Shown here piece by piece: positions 57,240 to 64,000 of a DNA stretch of 64,000 nucleotides. Under the pieces are notes generated by a model, which did not search any database, had not been told where the DNA came from, and saw only the letters and a list, made by a program, of their open reading frames with translations. A program made the position numbers and the translations under genes. The stretch spans positions 838-64,837 of the forward strand of contig JASEFX010000009.1 of assembly GCA_030018265.1 (NCBI GenBank). The letters are read 5' to 3'. Numbering within the stretch: position 1 is the stretch's first letter; each line of letters begins with the position of its first letter. Source of the DNA: Candidatus Saccharicenans sp. (GTDB lineage Bacteria; Acidobacteriota; Aminicenantia; Aminicenantales; Saccharicenantaceae).

Positions 57240-58994
57240 ATGATGCTCAAAACTCTTGACTGGATAGTGCTGGCCGCCTATTTCCTCCTGATACTGGGAA
57301 TAGCCTGGTGGACGATAAAAAAACAAAAAGAAAAGACCACCACCCAGTACTTTCTGGCGGGCCGACACCTGGGATGGTTTATCGTAGGCGCCTCCATCTT
57401 CGCTTCGAACATCGGATCAGAACATCTGGTGGGTCTGGCCGGTTCTGGTGCGACTGACGGCGTGGCCATGGCTCATTACGAGCTTCACGCCTGGTGTCTT
57501 CTGGTTCTGGCCTGGATGATGGTCCCTTTTTATACTCGCTCGAAAGTCTTTACCATGCCGGAATTTCTCGAACGAAGATTTTCTCCCGAGGCCAGAACCC
57601 TCCTTTCCGCCATCTCGCTGGTAGCTTACGTGCTGACTAAAATTGCTGTCGGGGTGTTTGCCGGCGGGGTGGTCTTCTCCGTGTTGCTGCCGGAAGTTAA
57701 CTGGTTTGGACTCGACAGTTTCTGGGTTGGCTCGATCCTGGTCATCGTCATAACCGGACTCTATACGGTGCTCGGCGGCCTGACTGCAGTGGCCTACACC
57801 GAAGCGATTCAGACGATAGTTCTGGTCATCGGCTCCGCCCTGGTCACCATCTTCGGGTTGAAGGCGATAGGCGGCTGGTCCGAATTGAGGTCGATAGTCG
57901 GCGGCGAGATGTTCAACCTGTGGAAGCCCCTCGTCCCCCACGGGATGGTGGGAACCTGGGCTCCGGTAAAAGAAGCTGGCCGGATGGCCTGGTACTTTAA
58001 CGATAACTACCCCTGGCTGGGGATGCTCTTCTGCGCCCCGATCATCGGGCTCTGGTACTGGTGCACCGACCAGTACATTGTTCAGAGAGCTCTGGCCGCT
58101 AAAAACGAAACCGAAGCTCGCCGCGGCTCGATTTCCGCCGCTTTCTTCAAACTTCTGCCTGTTTTTATTTTTATAATTCCTGGAATTATCTGTTACGGAC
58201 TGGCCGTCAGCGGCAAGATTCCGGCGCTCCAGCAGCAGCTCATAGGTCCCGATGGCCAGATTATCCGCGACCAGGCCCAGAAAGCCTTTCCGCTGATGGT
58301 AGCTCATGTTCTTCCGGTCGGGATCAGGGGCATCGTGGTGGCCGGATTGCTGGCCGCTCTGATGAGCTCGCTGGCCGGAGTTTTTAACGCTTCATCCACG
58401 CTTTTCACCATCGATTTTTATTCAAGAATAAAGAAGAACATATCCCAGGAAAAACTCGTCCACGTCGGCCGCGTCGCCACCACCATCATGGTTCTCATCG
58501 GGCTGGCCTGGCTGCCGGTTATCCGCGGCGGAAAAGGTCTGTACGATTACCTGCAGGGCGTTCAGGCTTACCTGGCGCCGCCCATATTTGTGGTTTTCTT
58601 TGCCGGGATTCTTAACAAACGTCTGAATGCTAAGGGATGTCTGGCCGCGCTTTCCACCGGCTTTGTGCTCGGTCTCTTCCGGCTGGCCGTTGACACACCG
58701 GTTAAACTGATCCCGGGCTTCAAATATACGGAAGGTTCCTTTCTCTGGATCATCAACAACGTTTACTTCCAGTACTACAGCCTGCTCATCTTCCTGATTT
58801 CCATCGGAGTAATGTATGCTGTAAGTTACGCTACCGAGAAGCCGGCAGAAGAACGAATCATCGGCCTGACGTTCGGAACGGTCACAGAAGAACAGAGAAG
58901 AGCCACCCGCGCCAGCTGGAACACCTGGGATGTGGTTGCCTCGGTGATAGTGGTAATGGCTATCGTGGCAGCTTACCTCTATTTCACAGGATGA
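57240..58994 (+). CDS. sodium:solute symporter (SSS/SGLT family)
   Basis: About 14 TM segments. SSS motifs YFLAGRHLGWFIVGASIFASNIGSEHLVGLAG and GLYTVLGGLTAVAYTEAIQ. GAGGAGG SD. Confidence 0.9.
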   Translation: MMLKTLDWIVLAAYFLLILGIAWWTIKKQKEKTTTQYFLAGRHLGWFIVGASIFASNIGSEHLVGLAGSGATDGVAMAHYELHAWCLLVLAWMMVPFYTRSKVFTMPEFLERRFSPEARTLLSAISLVAYVLTKIAVGVFAGGVVFSVLLPEVNWFGLDSFWVGSILVIVITGLYTVLGGLTAVAYTEAIQTIVLVIGSALVTIFGLKAIGGWSELRSIVGGEMFNLWKPLVPHGMVGTWAPVKEAGRMAWYFNDNYPWLGMLFCAPIIGLWYWCTDQYIVQRALAAKNETEARRGSISAAFFKLLPVFIFIIPGIICYGLAVSGKIPALQQQLIGPDGQIIRDQAQKAFPLMVAHVLPVGIRGIVVAGLLAALMSSLAGVFNASSTLFTIDFYSRIKKNISQEKLVHVGRVATTIMVLIGLAWLPVIRGGKGLYDYLQGVQAYLAPPIFVVFFAGILNKRLNAKGCLAALSTGFVLGLFRLAVDTPVKLIPGFKYTEGSFLWIINNVYFQYYSLLIFLISIGVMYAVSYATEKPAEERIIGLTFGTVTEEQRRATRASWNTWDVVASVIVVMAIVAAYLYFTG

Positions 58995-59112
58995 ATTTCG
59001 AGTTACCCTACCTGCTGAAAAGGCAGGACAGGCTTATCTTCCGGTTCAGTGATAAATTTTTCAAGAATAAATGTGCAAATCGCGGCTGAGCGTTATCTTT
59101 TCAAAAATAAGG

Positions 59113-59142
59113 TTGACCTGCAAACGGAAATCCGGTTAATAA
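59113..59142 (+). promoter_or_regulatory. candidate promoter (TTGACC-17/18 nt-TTAATA/TAATAA) for the S9 peptidase gene
   Basis: Hexamers at 59113-59118 and 59136-59142, about 30 nt upstream of the AAGGAGG SD. Confidence 0.3.
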
Positions 59143-59172
59143 CATATATCTGACTTTTTTAAGGAGGCCTTC

Positions 59173-62091
59173 ATGTCGATCAGCCACAGGGCTAAAAAAT
59201 TCACCGTCCTGGTAATAGCTTTACTTATGTGCTTTTCACTTTCAGCGCTGGCTCAGACGGCGAAAAAACCCATCAGCTATGATGTTTACGACAGCTGGAA
59301 ATCAATCCAGGGAACAAGAATCAGCTCGGACGGTCGCTATCTGGTGTATTCTCTGGTTCCAGGAGAAGGTGACCCGGAACTTATTCTTCTGGACCTGACC
59401 GGCGGGCAGGAAAAGCGTTATCCCCGCGGGCGTGATGCCATCTTTACCGCAGATGACCGCTTTGTGATTTACACCATCGTCCCGCCGAAAGCCGAAGTGG
59501 ACAGAGCCAGGAAAGAAAAGAAAAAACCCGAAGAGCAGCCAAAGAACGGCCTGGGTATTATCAACCTAGAAACCGGAGAACAGATAACTGTTGACCGCGT
59601 AAAGAACTTCAAACTGGCTGAAGAATCCGGAAAATTCGTGGCTTATCTGCTCGAACCTCCGCTGCCCCGGGAAAAAGAAAAGAATGAAGCGGAAAAGAAA
59701 GAAGAAACCAGAAAGGCTGAGGAAGCCAGAACTGCAGAAAAGAAAGAACCTGAGTCAAAAGCCGGGGAAGCAAAAAAGGAAGAGAAGAAGCCCGAAAAGA
59801 AAAAGGAACCGGGCACCGAGCTGGTCATCAGAAATCTTGAAACCGGGAAAACTATTTCCGTTCAGGAAGTTTCCGAATATGTCTGGTCAAAAAACGGACG
59901 CTACCTGGCATATGCCGTTTCTTCCAAAACTCCTGAAAATGACGGCGCTTTCATCATCGAACCAGATTCAGGCCAGGCTTTCACCCTGCTAAAAGGAGAA
60001 GGCCACTACCTGAAGCTCGCCTTTGACGAACAGGGACGCAAACTGGCCTTTCTCAGCGACCGCGACTCATACCGGGAAAAAGTATCACCTTATAAATTAT
60101 ATTTCTGGCAGGAAAAGACGAATGCCGCCATAGAGATAGCCGGGCCCGGGCGCCAGCCGATTCCGGCCGGTTTCAGTCCTAGCGAAAACCGGGAACCCTC
60201 CTTCTCCCGTGACGGAAGTCTGCTGTTTTTTGGCTATGCCCGGACACCCGAACCCGCTCCTGAAGACGCTCCTGAACCGATCAAAGTGGACATCTGGAGC
60301 TGGACTGACCCGGAACTCCAGCCGATGCAGAAAGTCAGGGCCGAGGAGGAAAAGAAAAGGAATTATCTGGCTGTCTGCCACCTGAACGCGAAAGACCGCA
60401 AAATCGTTCTCCTCGGGGCGGAGGATCTGCCAGAAATAAGACTTTCTGACGACGGACAGAAAGCGCTCGGCATCAACCGTCTTCCCTATCGCCAGCTGAT
60501 ATCATGGGACCGGGATTATGCCGACTATTACCTGGTTGACCTGAATTCCGGAAAAAGAACAAAAATCCTGGAGAAATTCCCGTCTTCTGTAACCTTCTCG
60601 CCCGGCGGTAATTATCTCGTGTTCTACGATGACGGACCGAGAGCCTGGTACAGTTACCGGCTGGCCGACGGCCGGAAGTTTGACCTGACCTCAAAACTGC
60701 GGGTGAATTTCTTCCAGGAAGAATGGGATACTCCGAACGAGCCGCCTGCTTACGGTCTGGCCGGCTGGACCGAAAATGACGCTTCAGTCCTGATTTACGA
60801 CCGTTACGACCTGTGGGAAATTAAACCCGACGGTTCTTCAGCCAGAGTTCTGACCGGAAGTTATGGCCGCGAGAATCGGTTGACTTTCAGGTATCAGAGG
60901 CTGGACCCAGAAGAAAAAGCAATATCGTCGAAAAAACCGATGATTCTGCTGGCCACGAATGAGCTGACGAAAGACACCGGATTTTTCCGGCTCGACCCGG
61001 CTTCAGGAAAGAAACCGGAAAAACTGCTGTATCTGGAAAAGATGCTCGGCAGCCTGCAGAAGGCAAAAAAAGCCGAGAAATATGTCTTTACCATCCAGAC
61101 GTTTGAAGAATTTCCTGACCTCTGGGTCAGCGGACCTGATTTCTCCGACCTGAAGAAAGTGAGCCAGGCCAATCCCCAGCAAAAAAACTATCTCTGGGGA
61201 AAGGCGGAGCTCATCACCTACATCAACGCTGACGGAAAAGAACTTCAGGCGGTGCTGATCAAACCCGAAGAATTCGACCCCGCGAAAAAATATCCGCTGA
61301 TGGTTTACATTTACGAAAAACTCAGCAACCAGCTTCACCGTTACTATCCACCCGCTCCTGGAACCAGCATTAACTTCACCCGCTATGTTTCCAATGGCTA
61401 TGTCATTCTGATGCCCGATATCGTCTACGAAACGGGCTATCCGGGTTTGAGCGCGCTCAAATGCGTGGTCCCGGCAGTGGAAACAGTGGTCAGGATGGGA
61501 TTCATCGACCCGAAAAGAATCGGCATCCAGGGCCACAGCTGGGGAGGCTATCAGATCACCTACCTGATCACCCGGACGAACCTCTTTGCCGCCTGCGAGG
61601 CCGGAGCGGCCGTCAGCAACATGATCAGCGCCTACGGCGGAATTCGCTGGGGAACCGGAATGTCGCGCGCCTTTCAGTATGAGAAAACCCAGAGCCGGAT
61701 CGGCGGACCTCCCTGGGAGAAAGCGCTGCAGTTCATCGAAAACTCTCCGATCTTCTGGGTTGACCGGGTTCAGACACCTTACCTGACCATTCACAACGAC
61801 GAGGACGACGCCGTGCCCTGGTACCAGGGAATCGAATTTTTCACCGCTCTCAGGCGACTGGGCAAGGAAGCCTGGATGTTCAACTTCAACGGGGAGAAAC
61901 ACGGTCTCCGTCAGAGAGAAAACCAGAAATACTGGACAATCCATCTAGACGAATTCTTTGACCATTATTTAAAGGGAGCGCCGCGGCCGGACTGGATGCA
62001 GAAGGGAGTTCCCTACCTCGAACGTGGAAAAAGGGATGTTTCCAGGTACTTCAAACCGGCTGAGAGCGGAATCGAAGAAAAGAAAGATTAA
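59173..62091 (+). CDS. secreted prolyl-oligopeptidase-family (S9) serine peptidase with N-terminal beta-propeller region
   Basis: Signal peptide. Catalytic triad contexts GIQGHSWGGY (Ser), HNDEDDAVPW (Asp) and GEKHGL (His). 972 aa. Confidence 0.85.
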   Translation: MSISHRAKKFTVLVIALLMCFSLSALAQTAKKPISYDVYDSWKSIQGTRISSDGRYLVYSLVPGEGDPELILLDLTGGQEKRYPRGRDAIFTADDRFVIYTIVPPKAEVDRARKEKKKPEEQPKNGLGIINLETGEQITVDRVKNFKLAEESGKFVAYLLEPPLPREKEKNEAEKKEETRKAEEARTAEKKEPESKAGEAKKEEKKPEKKKEPGTELVIRNLETGKTISVQEVSEYVWSKNGRYLAYAVSSKTPENDGAFIIEPDSGQAFTLLKGEGHYLKLAFDEQGRKLAFLSDRDSYREKVSPYKLYFWQEKTNAAIEIAGPGRQPIPAGFSPSENREPSFSRDGSLLFFGYARTPEPAPEDAPEPIKVDIWSWTDPELQPMQKVRAEEEKKRNYLAVCHLNAKDRKIVLLGAEDLPEIRLSDDGQKALGINRLPYRQLISWDRDYADYYLVDLNSGKRTKILEKFPSSVTFSPGGNYLVFYDDGPRAWYSYRLADGRKFDLTSKLRVNFFQEEWDTPNEPPAYGLAGWTENDASVLIYDRYDLWEIKPDGSSARVLTGSYGRENRLTFRYQRLDPEEKAISSKKPMILLATNELTKDTGFFRLDPASGKKPEKLLYLEKMLGSLQKAKKAEKYVFTIQTFEEFPDLWVSGPDFSDLKKVSQANPQQKNYLWGKAELITYINADGKELQAVLIKPEEFDPAKKYPLMVYIYEKLSNQLHRYYPPAPGTSINFTRYVSNGYVILMPDIVYETGYPGLSALKCVVPAVETVVRMGFIDPKRIGIQGHSWGGYQITYLITRTNLFAACEAGAAVSNMISAYGGIRWGTGMSRAFQYEKTQSRIGGPPWEKALQFIENSPIFWVDRVQTPYLTIHNDEDDAVPWYQGIEFFTALRRLGKEAWMFNFNGEKHGLRQRENQKYWTIHLDEFFDHYLKGAPRPDWMQKGVPYLERGKRDVSRYFKPAESGIEEKKD

Positions 62092-62373
62092 CTTAACAGT
62101 GGTAAAAAATTTTTCAGGCTGCTGACCGAAAGAAAGCTGCCAGCGCTGGTCTATCCGGGGCTATCGGCCGTCCTGACTGACAGGCATCGCTGGAGAAAAA
62201 ACCCGCATCGGCAGAGGCAAGGGCATCTGGAGCCTGTCTTCTGCCTCGATTTACATACGGCCAGAACAGCCCGGCTTTTTGCTGACTGCGCTCATCCGCT
62301 CGTCACCCTTAAAATCCCGGTCCCCGGACAGCGAAAATTCTTCGTTATCAGAAGAAAAAATTGCCTGAAATCG

Positions 62374-62403
62374 TTGAAATTATTAAGGTTATTCTGGTAT
62401 ATT
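62374..62403 (+). promoter_or_regulatory. candidate ackA promoter (TTGAAA-18 nt-TATATT)
   Basis: TTGAAA at 62374-62379 and TATATT at 62398-62403, about 38 nt upstream of the ackA ATG. Confidence 0.45.
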
Positions 62404-62440
62404 AATCATCCATAATTTCTCAAAAGGAGTGGAATTAAAA

Positions 62441-63688
62441 ATGAACGTATTTGTCTTAAACTGCGGAAGCTCTTCCGTCAAATTTCAGATCATCAACACC
62501 GACCTCGAAATGTTCGAAAATGACACCGACCGCCGCGTGGCCAAGGGTTTGATTGAAAGGATCGGTAAGGACGACGCGATCGTCAACCTGGAAGCTGAAG
62601 GCCAGGAACCGATCAAGACCATCGAACCCATCCACGATCACCGCGAAGCCATCCTCAGGATTAAAAAGTGGATGGAAGATCCGAACACCAAAATTCAGGG
62701 GATTCACAGCTGGGACGACATCCACGCGATCGGCCACCGGGTGGTCCACGGCGGAGAAAAATTCGCCAGATCGGTAAAAATCGACAAGGAAGTACTGGCG
62801 CAGATCGAAGAATGCGCTGACCTCGCTCCGCTGCACAATCCAGCCAACCTCAAGGGCATCTACGCCTGCTACGAAATTTTTGGAGATAAGATTCCGCAGG
62901 TGGCGGTTTTTGACACCGCCTTCCATCTGACGATGCCCGAGGAAGCCTACATGTACGCCATTCCGAAGGAGCTCTACGAAAAATATCGCATCCGCCGCTA
63001 CGGCTTCCACGGTACCTCTCATCGGTATGTTGCCTACCGTTACCGCAAGCTCGTGGGCAAACCCAGGGAAGAAGTGAACGTCATCACGCTGCATCTGGGT
63101 AACGGCTGCTCCGCCTGCGCCATCAAGAACGGTCAGTCGATCAACACCACCATGGGCATGACGCCTCTCGAGGGGCTGATCATGGGCACCCGCTCGGGCG
63201 ATATTGATCCGGCCATTGTGGAATATCTCTACAACAAGGGGACAGGCAGCGTGGCTGAAATCTTCAACATCCTGAACAAGAAAAGCGGCATGCTGGGAAT
63301 TTCCGGAATCAGCAACGACCTGCGCGACATCGAAAAAGCAGCCGCTGAAGGCAACCACCGGGCTCAGCTGGCCCTCAAAATGTTTGCCCTGCGGGTGAAA
63401 AAATACATAGGTGCCTACCTGGCCGAAATGAACGGCGCCGACGCCATCATCTTCACCGCCGGTATCGGCGAGAACAGCGTCCTCATCCGCAAAATGATCT
63501 GCGAGGGGCTGGAAAACCTGGGCATTGAAATCGATGACGAGCTCAACCAGCAGGCGGTTCGTGGCAAATGCATGAAGATTTCGAAGGAGAGCAGCCGGGT
63601 GGCCATTTACGTGATACCCACCAATGAAGAGCTGCTGCTGGCCCGCGACACCGTCAGGGTGGTAAGAGACGTACCACGTCTGTGGTAA
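62441..63688 (+). CDS. ackA: acetate kinase
   Basis: Motifs MNVFVLNCGSSSVKFQ, AIGHRVVHGG, YGFHGTSHRYV and GIGENS, with a C-terminal PTNEELLLA. I chose the ATG at 62441 (AAGGAG SD) over the GTG at 62429. Confidence 0.95.
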   Translation: MNVFVLNCGSSSVKFQIINTDLEMFENDTDRRVAKGLIERIGKDDAIVNLEAEGQEPIKTIEPIHDHREAILRIKKWMEDPNTKIQGIHSWDDIHAIGHRVVHGGEKFARSVKIDKEVLAQIEECADLAPLHNPANLKGIYACYEIFGDKIPQVAVFDTAFHLTMPEEAYMYAIPKELYEKYRIRRYGFHGTSHRYVAYRYRKLVGKPREEVNVITLHLGNGCSACAIKNGQSINTTMGMTPLEGLIMGTRSGDIDPAIVEYLYNKGTGSVAEIFNILNKKSGMLGISGISNDLRDIEKAAAEGNHRAQLALKMFALRVKKYIGAYLAEMNGADAIIFTAGIGENSVLIRKMICEGLENLGIEIDDELNQQAVRGKCMKISKESSRVAIYVIPTNEELLLARDTVRVVRDVPRLW

Positions 63689-63716
63689 AAATAAAAGCTC
63701 AATCAGGAGGACCTCA

Positions 63717-64000
63717 ATGAGCGGAAGCAATTTTGTTAAGGAAATAAGAGAAAAGGCAGCCAGAAAGTATCTGAAAATTGCCTTTCCGGATGCCGGGGAT
63801 ATCAGAACCCTGCAAGCTTCCCGGACGATCATCGAAGAAAAGATTGGCGTGCCGGTACTGGTCGGAAATCCTGACAGCATCAAGAAAATCGCCGCCGAGA
63901 ATAATGTCCGGGTCGATGACATCGAAATCATAGACCCTCTGAGTTCGCCCTGGAAGGAAGAATTCGCCAGCCACGTTTACGAAAGAAGAAAAGCCAGGGG
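63717..64000 (+). CDS. pta: phosphate acetyltransferase (Pta), 3' end cut by window edge
   Basis: Not in the ORF track because it has no stop within the window. AGGAGG SD 7 nt upstream. Translation MSGSNFVKEIREKAARKYLKIAFPDAGDIRTLQASRTIIEEKIGVPVLVGNPDSIKKIAAENN matches the N-terminus of PTA_PTB-domain enzymes. Lies directly after ackA. Confidence 0.8.
   Translation, partial: MSGSNFVKEIREKAARKYLKIAFPDAGDIRTLQASRTIIEEKIGVPVLVGNPDSIKKIAAENNVRVDDIEIIDPLSSPWKEEFASHVYERRKAR

Noticed and set aside
57417-58307. Long antisense ORFs inside well-supported genes. This 296-aa one lies opposite the symporter. Others are 61003-61944 opposite the S9 peptidase, 48422-49069 and 48613-49230 opposite hslU, 54207-54893 opposite GH3, 9022-9660 opposite sppA, and 11886-12494 opposite the phosphohexomutase.
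   Set aside because: All are shadow frames of genes with clear family motifs. Their compositions are skewed, none has a ribosome-binding site, and none is needed to explain the locus.
59668-59811. A K/E-rich low-complexity stretch (EKEKNEAEKKEETRKAEEARTAEKKEPESKAGEAKKEEKKPEKKKEP) in the S9 peptidase, considered as a repeat or insertion.
   Set aside because: It is in frame, not a nucleotide tandem repeat, and is flanked by continuous propeller-like sequence. It is most simply a charged surface loop or linker.
62456-63931. A 491-aa ORF antisense to ackA, the longest unannotated ORF in the window.
   Set aside because: It exactly shadows ackA, whose identity is unambiguous. The C-ending codon bias of ackA removes stop codons from the complementary frame. 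The product is low-complexity (G/A/V/D/F-rich) with no SD or promoter context.

Overview
This is a 64-kb chromosomal window from a diderm bacterium (BamA, TamB, a FadL-type porin and a PilQ secretin are present). It holds about 50 protein genes and one tRNA-Phe, and is roughly 90% coding. I saw no rRNA, CRISPR array, transposase or integrase, prophage, or recognisable defence gene, so this looks like core genome rather than an accessory island. Genes lie in long co-directional arrays with overlapping or abutting stop and start codons (several TGATG/ATGA junctions). The arrays are: (i) truA, rimI-tsaB and an IDH/IPMDH-family dehydrogenase; (ii) a five-gene ECF sigma/anti-sigma operon; (iii) an RRM RNA-binding protein and an orphan 598-aa secreted protein; (iv) sppA, ftsB-phosphohexomutase, a large membrane protein with duplicated TM modules, and pcm; (v) coaD-pilMNOPQ-lipoprotein; (vi) DUF465, USG-1-like, yicC, gmk, coaBC, udg and a priA-like gene; (vii) tRNA-Phe, a FadL-like OMP, clpB, a hyper-acidic small ORF, mutS and pgsA; (viii) hslVU, an Fn3 lipoprotein, FAH, tal, tamB, bamA, a surA-like gene and fabD; (ix) a glycan-use block (nucleotidyltransferase, exported GH2, GH3+PA14, Na+/solute symporter), an S9 peptidase and ackA-pta. 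The best candidate for something undescribed is the ECF operon. Its three accessory proteins all end in the same unrecognised ~75-aa module (tail V-x-[VI]-W-[LI]-E). Its first gene has a perfect 12-bp anti-SD/SD hairpin, and an ECF-type promoter appears to start inside that hairpin's loop. Also notable are several enzyme-fold genes with degenerate catalytic motifs: a PriA with no P-loop, DEEH or arginine-finger motifs; a USG-1/Asd-like protein lacking the Cys, the His and the Rossmann glycines; and a spermidine-synthase-like membrane protein. There are also several palindromic cis-elements, including a 19-nt motif shared by the clpB and RRM-gene upstream regions and a LacI-type operator inside the symporter promoter. 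All functional calls come from motif recognition by eye; no database search was run.
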